From Takakia lepidozioides (Eukaryota > Plantae > Bryophyta), in contig CM060731.1 in NCBI GenBank assembly GCA_030704615.1, positions 45,136,001 through 45,200,000 on the forward strand: DNA of 64,000 bases, in the 5' to 3' direction. Of the stretch, positions 37,601 through 50,744 are shown piece after piece (position 1 is the first letter of the stretch; the number at the start of each line of letters is the position of its first letter). The notes under the pieces are model-generated. The model was not told where the DNA came from. It saw nothing but the letters and a program-made list of their open reading frames with translations, and did no database searches. Both the position numbers and the translations under genes were made by a program.

Positions 37601-37737
37601 AGACACGTAGTTCATCTCAGGAACATCTCACTGAAAGAGACCAACTTGCAAGAATTGGGGCAATTGCTCCCTCAAATTCTAAACGAGTTGACAATTCACC
37701 AGGCGGAAGACCAAAACCCAAGTGGCTGAAGATGTAG
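34661..37737 (+). CDS. PUX1: Plant UBX domain-containing protein 1 (CDC48 regulator; TUG/ASPL-like), ~7 exons
   Basis: GREVHVF; EEEPDDFYEFTAEDY; FLKTKKIREEEGAARR; VRVQFPDSYILEATF; YTTPPKQ..SMYDAGFAPGA; KPKWLKM*. Exons have GT-AG boundaries. The first exon (34661-34699) is tentative. Confidence 0.92.
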
Positions 37738-38472
37738 TACAAATGTAGGAGCTGGAGGATATACTGTGCACTTCAACTATTCAAGAAATTGCTACATCGA
37801 AGTCCACAAGCATTTTGTGAGGGTTTTCCTGTCCATGATATTGTTGTGAATAACTCTGATCTGTTGATAGTAGCTCACAGTTTCTCGGTAAATTTGTTGC
37901 AGTGAAACTCCTTGGAGTTCAAGTGCAGTTTTCTTGCTCAATATGCATGCAGGATGTTTGCCATTGTTTTGTGGGTGATTACATTTGTTTTATATTTGCA
38001 TCCTGAATTTCACGTTTCATGAAAGATCCCATGTTTCCAACTTTTTACTTCATCAAAGGTGAGACTGGAAACTGTACATTTGTATCCCAGGTCAGATAAC
38101 TGTGGACCACAAAGACTGCAGATTCAATAAAGGGGTATGATCATGGGCTAGTAATGAAAGGATGTGACTTTAAGTATGTCCCTTGGGTGGACTTGATGGC
38201 TATCCTGAGTTTCTTATCTTAGAGAGAAGAGATTCATACTGGGGAGGAGCTTACTGGACCTACAATCCTGCAATAAGAATTACTATTGCAAACTGGAATC
38301 ATCATTGGCGAAGGATGAGCCATGGCTAGTTCTATGTGGCTCAACGTTAGATAGACGTACGAGTGGTTTTGCATAGAAAACTTTTATCTGGGGCCACCTT
38401 TGAAGAGGGGAAACCATAGTTTGGTCACCTGATGTTGATGTTTAGCAACTAGTTCCTGTCTGTTCAGATCTG

Positions 38473-40565
38473 TTGAGATGGCCCCCAAGCTTGAGGTTCC
38501 AAAGGCCAGATGATGGTAAGGCCAACTCCTCTGTGAAGACCGATGTAATCTTGGCTGAGGATGCCGTGCCAAAGTTGGAGGCACGCATGGGGGAGGCTGA
38601 GTTACAGTCCGAGAACAGTATGGCCACACTTGAGTTACAGCCCAATGAGCTCGAATATCTGAACAAAATGCTCCAAGAGCCAAGTGAGAGATGGAATGCA
38701 CTTGATCCTCATACACTATCTGAGGTATTTATTTACTGTCCGGTTGAGCTGCTGGAGCAAGCATGGAAGAAGCTGGACCGAGGTGACCCTCAACACTTGA
38801 TATCTAACCACCTTGATGGTACTTTAAGTCTGTGGAACCCGACTTTGTTGAAGGATGAAGGGAAGCGTACGTATCAGAGCTACTTCCCAGTCATACTGGA
38901 TATGAAGTCTCAGTTATTCAGGGTTATTGCATTTAGAGGTCCGTTACATAACCGCAAGCAAACTCCAGGCTGCTGGTATGCTATGCCATCTCTAGATTTC
39001 CTTCCAATGGGTGTCAAAAAAGTGATTGCTGGAGATGGTGGACTTCTAGTGTGTGATGGTGCCATGCAATGGAGTGCGATAGGGCCTGATGGAGACATGC
39101 CACCATCCCGTCCTCCCACGATCCAAGGGGAACATCCAGTCCCCATGTCGGCCGAGAACTGGGACAAAGACTTATGTCTACCTGCACAGACCATTATGGT
39201 GGTCTGCAACCCTCTCACACGGGAATACATGTTTCTTCCTCCTTTCCATAAGACCATGACCTTGAATGGGAAGGCAGCGTGCATAAGGTTTGTAGAGGAT
39301 GCTGTGATGATAGAAAGAGTAACAGTAGTAGAGGATGCCACAGGGACAGACGGTTTTGCAGTTTTGACTGACACTGTAAACCTAGATTCAGAAACTGAGG
39401 AAGCTGAAAGCAGGCAGAGGGCTTCAATCATTGCCTCAGGTCCTGATAAACTGCAGTCCATTGGCACGAATGGCTTAGTGGATGGAACTAAGCCATCCGG
39501 AAGAAGCTCCACGGTTCAGATGTTGACATAGACATGCAGTCCAGATATTCCTCCGAGGAAGTAGAGTTAGAGGAGGAACAAGAGATGGGATGAGAGGGTC
39601 GTTTCCAGAGGATCTGGAGATTATACTTTGAATGTTATGGACGGAAAATTCTAGCCATACCACCTCCAAGCCGGCATTATATAATAGTCTTCATGGGTTA
39701 CCAAGAGGAAATAAAATTTGATGGCACTAGGAAAGAACATCTTGTATGTGCAGTATACAAGTCCTCTGCACAGGGTAAGTGGTCCTTCACATGCCCAGCC
39801 CCATGTAAGGCCAGGCCCATGAAAATCCAAGATGGACGGACTGGCCTTTCACTGCTGACAAGCCTTCAAACCCCTGAATGGATGGCAGTGTGCTTTGGTG
39901 GCATGGTAGTAGAAAATGCAGGGGCCGGCAAGGGGCAGGAATCCCTTTCCCCAGTTGTCTTTTACCTTCCACTTGTGCCTGATGATGGCACAGAACCTCT
40001 GATATTTCCTTTCTGTCCAGAGGGATTCGGTCGGGATGGCTTGCAAAGCCCGATCGTGATCCAACCTTTTCGTCCAAGGAGTTGTGAAATTGTGTTTGCA
40101 GTTACTCGAAGAGCTGAAAAAGCTGATAGGATTATAGTTTTCCAACTTGAAATTGAGCACCATATTAGTGGAAATCCAAGACCCACTGGGTCTTACTTGT
40201 GGGTGACAGATATGCCAGCATCCTTGTTCAAGGACCTCTTCTATACTCCCGAGGTTACCCAAAAAGTTTTTGAATGTGCAGCTGGCAATGGTTTGATATG
40301 TATCAAGGTAACAGATGGACAAAAACTGGCAATCTATGATATTTACACCACCAAATGGTTTATGGAAGATTACAACAAATACCTTCCAACCAGGAGGAAA
40401 GAAAAACCCTACCAATTGCTTGAAATTCTTTCATGGGAACCAAGTTTCAGGCAGAGAGTGGAATATGATGCCAGATATGTTGGTGGTAATCAGAACACAG
40501 AGATGCCAGTTTCTGCTGCCTCCATGAAATCTTCTCCAGCTGTGTCGCATGCAGGTCTAGTATAG
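38473..40565 (+). CDS. Second atypical F-box-like paralogue, split into two frames (38473-39531 and ~39594-40565); frameshifted or with an unresolved intron
   Basis: Collinear with the 21094-23520 protein: LEYL.KML, RTY.S.FPVI, WYAMPSL.FLP, VIAGDGGLL.CDG, VVCNPLTR, LVCAVYKSSA, SGNPRP.G.Y, CAAGNGLICI, WEPSF.Q.V.YD. Confidence 0.75.
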
Positions 40566-42803
40566 TGCATAACCAGTGTGAACCATTGACTCACTGACTG
40601 ACTCTTTTACTGATGAATCTGCAGTGGTGGTCAACAGTTTGAATGCTTTGAGCTACACATTCCTATGAGCAAGGGGGAAACCATGAGTGATCATGCTTTC
40701 CACTAGCTCCATATTTCAGCCTGGATGATTAGGGTTTGACCCTTAAAAACAGAAACTTCATCTTGATACTGCAAGTCAGCAATTGTCAGAATCACCACCA
40801 CAGGACAATGCAGATTTTGCTTCGAGAAATTGTTGTGTGAGTGTCAATTTCTTATCAAAAATTCTCAACATTCTTGTCATGAGGGATCTTATTGCCATTT
40901 CCCACGTTACAAAGAGAGCGTGCTCACCTGCGATGGCTTCAACTCAACAAATTCATCTCCACTCTCCTGCAATATGTGGACTTACCCCTGCCAAGATCTG
41001 TAGGAAAAAGGAGAAAGGAACGTGGTCGTGGGCGCAGTCAGATTTTCATGCTATGGGATGAAGCAACAAAGTTTTTGTCAGATTGTAACATGCTTGGAGA
41101 ATCTTGTTGCTTGCATTTTAAGTTCAGCCATCGTACTCGATCAACCACAGAACCTATACGCACTGGGCCTCTGGCGAACCCCGGCAGAACTTGTTTGGTT
41201 CAGTGAATGATTTGAAACTTTCTTTCATCTTTTTGTTTTGCCTTCAAATACGAAAAAGCGCTTACACCCCACATAATCAGCCATTTGGCCTTGGTATACT
41301 TTGAAGCTCTCGCCTGAACTAGTACGAACCCTCAACCGTGTCCAAAATACTTAGATGGAAAAGTATCCATGGTGAGCACTTCAACTGTTCCTGTGGACAA
41401 ACCGATATTGCCATGACCTGAGTATTGAAGTCTTCTGCATGCCTAGTGATCCTTGCAAATTTCTTGACTGCTAAACAATGTTCTCCATGCTTTCACTTCT
41501 GCCGTTCAAATCATAATGGGATGACCAGGGAGAGTGACAGAGATAGTGGAGTACGAAATCCATTTCTTTTGCTCCGCAGCAACAACACGTAACTCCTCTT
41601 CTGACGACGTCGGCGTTCGACGTTGGCATCTTCCGTCAACCCAATCCTGTCCGTCCTTCCCACTGTCTTCTGTTGAGTGCCTGTGGCACGATGTTCATGT
41701 GAAGAGGTAACAGCCTGGGCAGTTACGTTGAACTGCTGCTGGCGCGCGCAGCCCACAAACAACCTCTCCTGCTTGATCTCTATCCAACGAGATCTCTCTC
41801 TCGCCCTCTCTCGGGCTCTCATGTGTTGGTGGGTATCTCCGCATTTTTCTCCACAGCACTCAAGGACAGGACGGCGTCTTTCTCACTGATTTGATCCCAC
41901 GGACACAGGAGCTAGAATCCAGTCTCTCTGTATCTGGAGAGTAGACAGTGATCTCACCCACAGGCTGAGTTTTGATTAAGGGTTTTGCTCGTGGCCAGCA
42001 TCACCCTTGCCCAAGTCCTTGAAGGATTACCGATGCGCCAACCAGCCCCCAAGCAGCCACATTAGTGAGTATATATACAAATTTTGCAGATCTGACTGGC
42101 CGTCCGAATTCCACTGAAATTGAATTGAACTAGCCCCGAACCAGCGCGCTCATTGGCGAATGATCTAGCTTAGGGCGTGCCTCAATTGGAAGTTTCTGAA
42201 AATCCACCTTCTCACACAGGCACGTCCAGGTCAATCCTTCAAGACATATCTATATGCAGCACATGGTACTGATCGACTCGTGTTCAGAGAAAGATGAACC
42301 ATCGTCATGCTACTATCTGAGCCCTGAGCAGCCTAGTACATAACATATGACTCACGTAATTCGAAAACGACTTGAATAGATAACTCGATGCCATAGGCTG
42401 CAGCCAGCCACATCAGGAATCACAGCCAGCGTGGGGAGGGATAGCTTGAATGTTCACATAAAAAGGTCACTTTCCGAGCAAAAGCAAGTCGCAACCGGCA
42501 AGTAATTGAGGCTGCATATCAATTATAAGTATCTACTTGACATGCTAGACCCTAAGAGTCGATGCTAAGCATGCGGTTCAATCCTCGCTTCTCAAATATG
42601 AATCAGGAACCATTCAGCGTCATCAGTTGAGTTCATCTTCAGCGCAGATTTTCGGATAGGATTCTGCTCATAAAACGGTAATTGAGCTTCAAGTGCCTGC
42701 CTCTGGTCGGTTATGCATGAAGAAGGGGATGGTGGGATTGCTTTGGCTAATCGGATCTATGACTGGTGCAGCAGGTGGATAGCAAAATCTTGAAAGATCA
42801 GCA

Positions 42804-45099
42804 ATGGCGCAATGGCGAATAGTGCTCCCAATTCTGGTTGTTCTTGTTTTGGTCAGGACGACTTGCACTCTGGGTGAGTGTTCCTCGTCCCTCTGTAGAA
42901 GTGTAAGAAAATACTTAGTATATTTACCCCAACAGCCTTAAGGGTGGTACAGCAGTTTGGTCAGATCATGCAGGTGCAGGGTCGTGTCTGCATTCTTTCC
43001 CGAGGATATAATTTCCTGTCTAGTAGAAGGAACTGCGGAAGGATCTAATGCGAGCTCGCGTACCCTCACTATTAACTGAATAATATTTGTACATGTCCCC
43101 TGTGTCAGGGAAGCTGGACTGTGAGGAACTGTTGGTGGAGGATTGCGCATTTTCAGTGTCCACATCCGGTGCCCGCTGTGTGCTTGAGAAGTATATTGGC
43201 AAAGATGGTGTCACGCACCTTGAATGTCAGGTGAGACTCATCACATACCCAGTGTGCAATAGCTACTAATGATCTTGATAGTTCTTCTTAAAGTTTATCA
43301 AGTTCTGTGCTAGCAATACCACTTGATAACACCTTTAGCTACGGATTCCGCAGGGCCGCCGTGCCCAACTGCCATTGTACAAAATTTATCATGAAGACAT
43401 ATGTAGATATATATATAAGCTTTCCTAGGCATCGGATCTTTCTTTGGAAGATAGAGATTTGATTCAACTATAGACGAGCAAGACTGTTGCGTCATTGCCG
43501 AGGTCGCAAAAATGGATATCCAGGTCCACTGAATCTTCGGGTTTGATATACCCCAGTTCCACACAGTGAGCGGCTGCCAGAAAGTTCCACGTTTTTTACG
43601 ATTTAACAGCTTAGGGAGTTGAGTGAGGGAAGCTTGAGTGGCCTCAGTCTTCCTGTTGACTGAGAAGTCGGAGTATCTACTTGGCATTAGGTCTGCTGTT
43701 AGAACACTGTACATCGCTTTCAAGAAGAAACATAATTCTATCTAGGTTTGTCTCGGGACCCCAAACCCTAGTTTTCTACAATCAGGATTAGTACCTGTTT
43801 GTAATTCAGGTAGTCCTGCCCTGCCAGACGAAACACGATATCGACAGATCACCAGAATAATGCAGGGAGCACATGTATGTACATGTTGTCGCCATTTTCA
43901 ACCACCCCATGTTTTTCTGGTTGTGATACGCATGGAAGTAGTCCCTGCTTGCACCCGGGCGGACAAGTTTAGGTCTCTCAAGGAAACCACTATTCCAGTC
44001 GCTAGACAGACAGTTCAGATTTCCTTTAAAGGTCCAATAAAAATTGAGGCTCAGGAGTACACAGTTTAGGAGAGCTGTGATTGTGCCGATTGCGATGAAG
44101 AAGATGGATACAACCTAGGTACGTCTAAAGTAATAAAAGCGGCGATGATGTCAGTTCGGCTAACTGGAAATGGACATTGGTCGAATGGACTGGATGCTTT
44201 GCAGACATCGATCATAATGGCAGAGAAACAAGAAGAGTGGATCGAGTCAGACGAGTGTATGAAATCATGTGGACTGGAGCGAATGTCGTTTGGCCTATCC
44301 ACAGATCTTCTGCTTGACACACATTTCACTGAGATGCTATGCTCTTCCGAGTGTCTAAATAACTGCCCCAACATCCTTGACCTCTACATCAACCTTGCAG
44401 CCGGTGAAGGTATGCCTCCTCATAGTTCAGCGATATTAGAGGTTTGTACGTACTAGGATGCACTTGTTTCTGAGAATGCAAGTTCCGCCCTAGTTGCAAT
44501 GTATTGTACATACATGTATGCAGCTCAATGTGTTGTGCTTACTGGGGTTGTGGCTTCTGGCGGCAGGAATATACTTGCCACAGCTCTGCAAAACTTATAG
44601 GTTGACTTCACGCCGTCTGATTGCTGATCCAGTAGTACTCGTGGTATCCAGTCAGCCCGAGAACCTTCCTTTGCTCTCAAGTGGTGGGGCACTGCCCCCC
44701 ATGGGATCCTCCACTGGGGGCGCCGCCAGTGGTTTCTCCATTAATGACGGCAGTGGGGCCAACGAGCCATCCCCATCTCCCTCCAAAGCTCCTGGACCAC
44801 AAGCAGGATGGGGACCCAACACCTCACCCGATGACTATCCACCAACCACAGGGCCTAGTCCTTCTAGTTGGACCAGTAGTTGGAGCAGAAGAGCCACCCC
44901 GGTTGGACCAACACCTGCCTCAACTCCTGCAAGCTCTGGAGTGCCAACTCGTCGTACTGTGTCTCCCGCCGCCTCCCCTTCCATGGTCTCCAGTGAAGCT
45001 GTAACACCGTCCTCAGAATCCACTCCAATCCTTAGCTTTTCAGGTCAGCAGCTCGACGAAGAGGAATTACTTTATGAAACCTACAACTACTATGACTAG
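42804..45099 (+). CDS. PAR1-family (photoassimilate-responsive) secreted protein with Pro/Ser/Thr-rich C-terminal extension, 4 exons
   Basis: Signal-peptide exon 42804-42873; CEELLVEDCAFSVSTSGARCVLEK (43109-43230); EWIESDECMKSCGLER..GLSTD..LCS.EC.NNCPNILDLY.NLAAGEG (44205-44409); IYLPQLC plus tail (44567-45099). Confidence 0.9.
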
Positions 45100-46419
45100 C
45101 TCCATCATCGACACCGTGATGAGTCCAAGGCGTATAATCACTGACTTACCGGCAATATTCCCTGGGCAGACTTCGAAGGAACTTTGGAGGACACTACTTG
45201 ATGATTTAGTGGTAACGCTCATGTCTTTGCGATGAACAGAGGCACGAAAGTTAGTTGACCTTAACTCACAAGTACTTCATCAATGCATCCGGCCTACGTC
45301 TTATATCGTCCCTCAGGTGATTCAATCTTGGAAACCTGAGTTTTTCAAACTCAATTTTTTTTGTAACAGCTAGCTAAGTTGACATACTGGTGTAGCATTG
45401 CAAACCTCATATATATCTTACTAAACGTTCCTTACCTGCATGGATCTCCAAAGTGCACCCACAGGTCTATCAGGGCCATACACATGTGTATCTGTAGACT
45501 CTCTGTAGACCGTTTACGTACGCTTGACTTCAAGTTCAATGAGTTCCCCGAGCTTCCACTCGTATCTCCGCTTAAGATAATCCTGATATTAGCAGAAACG
45601 TCATAGACCTCTTGCTGATTCTAGCTGCTGGGCTATGCTCACAATCTCGACGAGCCGCTGTTTGTTGCAATTTTGGGCGACTTGTACATAGCTGAGCTCG
45701 AGAGACGCACCTGGAGAGGCCAAGTCCACACAACTGTTGCCTACTTCTTCTCTTCCAGAAATCCCCAGGACCCATCTTCTCTCCAAATCCATCGGCATGA
45801 CAGAAAGCAGTAGATCTCAAGTGAGAGAGAGTCGTCTGTCCAAGACACGCCTATAAGTACCCCTTCCCATGGATGAAAAGTCATCTACTGAGCGCCTATA
45901 GGACCTCTTTCCACGGCATTACCAATCGCCTTATGGTACATTGAAGTCACATACATGAGGGCCTATAGGCCCATTACATCGTATGGACACCAATTTCAAT
46001 TGTTTGGTTTTTTCTTTTTCTTTTCTTAACTATTTTTTACAAAACTCTGTACTAAGGGGAGCCTGGAACTTGAAGCCCTTGGGAGCTTTATTAAAGATTA
46101 TTGAAGGGAAAAATTATAACCCTATAAAACAGTTTTTTTTTCTAGTCTGAAGATTTTGGTGTGGTATGTGAAGACTAGGGAGCAGCTCAGCTGCCACAAT
46201 CTCAACCCACACGGCATGATATGCATGCACAACAGTTCAAGAGTTCATTGAACTGAATCTCAAAGTCTGTATATGCAGTAGTTACAGTTTGTAAAAGAAC
46301 ACGATACGTGTGAAGAAACATCAACAGCTGTGAATGCTCCACATAAGCTATTAATAGCTATCAAATCAGCTATTAATAGATATGAAAACACGTAAACCAT
46401 GCATGGGAATACAAAGTAA

Positions 46420-46610
46420 TTAAGTATACAAGTGATGAGGCAAGCGAACTTTCACGACAATTTGCAATGGGACAACTCTATGAGTTGTGAGCCCAAAGAC
46501 CTCGTTCATGTCCAAGTCTTGGGGATGTTGGCCTTTTGGAAGCTCAAATGTAAAGCTTTGAAGCAGTTGAGCTAGACCCCTTTGAACTGTAATGAGACCC
46601 AAAGGCAGGG
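46420..46610 (-). pseudogene. Cytochrome P450 (CYP71 clan) C-terminal fragment
   Basis: LPLGLITVQRGLAQLLQSFTFELPKGQHPQDLDMNEVFGLT..RLPHHLY*. It begins just after where the haem FxxGxRxC motif should be; the rest of the gene is not in the window. Confidence 0.85.
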
Positions 46611-46864
46611 ATGCCTCGGCGTGAGCCTGGTCACGTGAGCGTGTGAGCGCAACTGTGCTCACGCCACGTCACCTTGCGCCAATGCCACAATACGGGGCTC
46701 ACTCCACGTCATCACACTTGAAGACCGCGTCACCACGCGCCCAGGAAGAAGTGAAGTGTATTCCCGCGGATTGGCACCCTTTATCGCGGAAACAAGCTGG
46801 ACGACATAATAAAAGGCAGTGGTCATTCCCATCTGAAAGCAACAGATGAATAAAGGATGGATGA

Positions 46865-46988
46865 ATGTACAGTTGGATGATAAACAGATGGATGCATGTA
46901 CAGTTGGATGATAAACAGATGGATGCATGTACAGTTGGATGATAAACAGATGGATGCATGTACAGTTGGATGATAAACAGATGGATGC
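46865..46988 (+). repeat. 31-bp tandem repeat x4
   Basis: ATGTACAGTTGGATGATAAACAGATGGATGC in four perfect copies; same GGATGA-rich type as 28470-28990. Confidence 0.95.
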
Positions 46989-47013
46989 ATGTGAAAAATG
47001 AATGTAGATGGCA

Positions 47014-49717
47014 CCTCCGTGGCTCACTACAAAGAAGTTATTTGTCATGCTTACTCTCTTGATTCCAGGAAAGCAGTCAGTTACAAGTGAGCACATAGAT
47101 GTGTACTTAGCACCACTGATGGAGGAGTTACTTGTTTTGTGGAGGGGGGGGGGTTTGGGCATATGACATATGCAAACCTGTTGGTGAGAGAACCTTCATA
47201 CTACGCGCCATACTAAGTATGTGGAGCATCCACGATTTTCCTGCTTATGGCCTACTTGCAGGATGTGTCACAAAAGGCTACAAAGGGTGTCCAGTATGCG
47301 GTCCTCATGTAGATGCAAGACACTCTAAAGTTCTGGGCAAAACTATCTATCAAGGTCACCGCAGGCTCCTCCCTCAGGCCCATCCATACCGCAAGAACCG
47401 CATACACTGAGTTCAATGTTCTTTGTAAATGGAAAAGGCAGTGCCCCTATAGTGGTTACTTCTTACTTTCCGAGTGGTAAAGTAACAGTACTGCATGTAA
47501 TTTGGACTTCACATTAATAACTCGTGGAGTGGTCAGAGGTAGTATCCATGATGCTTAGGAAGTTGTTGACATCACTTGAGAGGCTAATAATGCACTAAAT
47601 GAGTTGTTTGATCCACTGAGGAGGGACTGTCATGCATCACAACCACTTTAGACATGGAAGTATATAATGCTCATAAAGGACTCTGATTTGTATAGGACTG
47701 CAATCTGTCGGAATGTTCCTGAAATGGTATCATCAATTGCAGGATTTGTTGCAACGCTACTTACTGGATCCCATGCATTGCGAAAAGAATTTTTGTGAAA
47801 ACTTGTTGAAGACGATATTTGGACGGAAGGACACGGTGAAGGTGAAGAATGACATGGAGGTAATCGACATCAGATGTCACTTGTGGCTTCGGCCTGATCC
47901 ACAAAACCCTTCACGTATCATGAAACCAGCAGCACCTTATGTTCTCACTCCCGCTGAAATCACGATATTTCTTGATACTTTGGGGGCTATCAAAACTCCT
48001 TCGGGATTTGCAGGTGCATTTCAGAAACACATACACCCGTCTAGGAAACATTTGACGAGTATGAAGTCCCATGATTATCACGTTTTAATGCAACAGATTT
48101 TACCAGTGTGTATTCGCCATTGCATGGCTTCAGGCCCACGTGGGGTCATTATGCGTATGAGTTGCATTTTCCGCCGGATTTGTGCCAAAGTATGGGACCC
48201 TAATGAAATAGATTCATTGCGTGAGGATGTTACTATAACCTTGTGTCTATTAGAGAAAAAGTTCCCCCCTTCTTTCTTTGATGTCATGACCCATTTGCTA
48301 GTTCATCTCGTAGATGAACTAGACACATGTGGTCCGGTGTCTTCATGGTGGATGTATCCCATGAAGCGTTACATGAAAGATCTCAAGGGATACGTTAGGA
48401 ATTACGCAAAGCCAGAAAGGAGTATGGCTGCAGGGTATGTTCTTGATGAGGCCATGGGGTTCATGAGTGAGTATATGCAATCATTTGATGCAACTCAACG
48501 ACGGATTTGGGATGCAAATGCAAAGGAAGGGGTTGAGAATGAGGTCTTGGAATGTGTCGGCAAAAAGCGAGACAGGAGTGGAGCTGAGAGAGATGCATCA
48601 CATTTATATGTGCTGAACAATACCAATGTGATGGTTCCTTGGGTGCAGTGAGTTCTTCTTTTCATTGCACCTTATTCATATCAAGTTCAATTGCAATTGT
48701 GACTGTCACCAGTGTAATAAAACCACCCAGAAAAGTCACAAATGTCAGTGATTCATCGTGATTATAACCACTTCTATAGTAATTGAATGTCTAAGTGAGT
48801 GACTTTTTGGAAGAGCATGTTCAATTACAAGTCATTTTACTCACTCATCCAGTGGTTTTCAAAGTATCATTCATGCTAGGTATTTTTTGCAAAGTAATTC
48901 AACACTTCATTGCTAACATGTGTCATTCTTGTTGCCATTTTGTGACAGAAAGTATGCAACAGAGAAGGCACAGTTCACTGCAGACAGAGAGGCATATGCT
49001 CGTGAGTGGCGTGCCAATCGTCGACGTCACCGCAGCCTTCCGGTGCCATACCCTCCCCATTTGTTGGAGTTTCCACCCCCACCGGTATGGATACGCCGTG
49101 CAGTCCAGGCCCATGTCTCTGAGCATAGTGTTGAGGATACGGATGTAATTCATTTGTCTACTCCCACCTCATTGAGATCAGCTTCATTTCGTTGCATGAA
49201 GGCATATGGAAATCATTATCGAGTGGATGACATGGAGAGTCGTCTTCTTGTCTCTTTTGATTCCGGAGTTGCATCCGTCTTCAAGCAACATAGCAGAAAT
49301 AGTGTGCGTGATAGAAATCAAGTCATGTCACCATTAGAGTACGTTGGGGTCATCAAAGAGATCTTGAAATTGGATTATGGACGAGTGCACCCCATTGTAT
49401 TTCGTTGTGCTTGGGTGAGGGCCAACCTCGTTGGACAAAATGCTACAATGAAGCGGGATTCGTATGGTTTTCTAGTTGCGAACTTTGGGAGGATGTTACC
49501 CGCCAATGATCAGCCGTTCATCTTTCCAACTCAAGTTGAACAGGTGTTCTTTTCGGATGACTCCCCAAGTTTGGAGTGGAAGGTAGTCCTTCGGAAGGAT
49601 CCAAGAGCAAAAAGGATTGTGGCGGACATAGATCAATGTGACATTGGAGAAAATGCAGATTTCAATGGTTTCAGGCACCGTCTACCTTATCAGATCAGCC
49701 AATACCTAGGTCATTAG
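47014..49717 (+). pseudogene. CACTA TnpD-like transposase segments (Transposase_21, DUF4218, DUF4216)
   Basis: PPWLTTKK..LLIPG..IDVYLAPL.EEL; WSIHDFPAYGLLAG..TKGYKGCPVCG; LDPMHCEKN; MKSHDYHVLMQ; FPPSFFDVMTHLLVHLV..GPV..WMYP..RYMK.LK.YVRN.AKPE; Y.G.I.EIL.LDY..F.C.W; QPFIFPTQVEQVFF. Confidence 0.93.
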
Positions 49718-50744
49718 ATGGTGCCACGGCTCTAAATATAGAAAACCTGGCTGTGTTGGCTACCATTCAAGCGGCATTTGTGCAACCAACCGCTATTCCA
49801 GTTGAGCAAAGTGATTCAGAGGGTGACGAATATGTTTCTGATTCAGAATAAAGTTTATTGTTGGAACCATTTGTTCAATAGCATCATCCCACAATGGTCT
49901 GGCCACTTGTCTGTTTTTCAAAGTCTGTCACAGCTGCACAAACCACTTAAAATTTATCATGTATCACCCAAAAAGTGGTACCAATCACTGTCGTGTAGGC
50001 AACCACTCATGAGCAACCACTAGAATAATGGTTCCAATTACTGCAGTATCTTTCACCACCCACTCTCCACCACTGTCAAAGTGGTACAAATCAATGAGGT
50101 GTCTTTACCACTCAAGATCAACGTGCACTGTCCCCGTCCATGTGGAATATTTTATTAATTAATTAAAATATATTTCAAAATCATAAATCACAAATAAAAT
50201 TTGAATTATTACACGTGGAGAAGCAAGTGGTTTCAACCACTTCCCATCACTGAGGTGTCTATAACCACTCACAATGTACCACTGCACTCGTCCACGTGGA
50301 ATACTATATTTATTAATTAAAATGTATTACCAAATAAATAATAATAAAAAAAAACAAATGATTACACGGGGACTATTGAGTGGTTAAAACCACTTCCAAC
50401 CACTGTATGTGAGCCACCGTGGCATTTCATTGGGATTAACCACTGGCAAGTGGTTACTAGTGGTTTATAGAGTGGAAAAAGACAGTAGTGGTTAAAGGGC
50501 CAGTGGTTATTCCGCGTTTTTCCTCTAGTGCCTGGCGCGTCGACGCGCCAGGGCGTCTCACGGTTTACCAGCCCCGTCGACAGCCGCAGCCGGAGGGCTT
50601 GTCTGCCCCCCCAGGTCAGTACCCCCCCTCTTGTCCCCATCTTGGATGCGCCAGGGGCCGGCTTAGCCAGCTCTCATATTCGGGAGGTTGTTGCTGAGCC
50701 GGATGCTCAGTTGAGCACACCCCCGGCCACCAAGACGGGGTGAA

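Noticed and set aside
47025-47040. CACTACAAAGAAG as the left CACTA TIR
   Set aside because: It lies inside in-frame transposase coding sequence (PPWLTTKK), has no subterminal repeats, and the flanking 3-mers (GCT vs CCC) do not form a TSD with the right end.
46659-47162. Repetitive ORFs (MHPSVYHPTVHASICLSSNCT...) and CRISPR-like appearance
   Set aside because: Translations of a head-to-tail 31-bp tandem repeat with no spacers, in a eukaryotic context.
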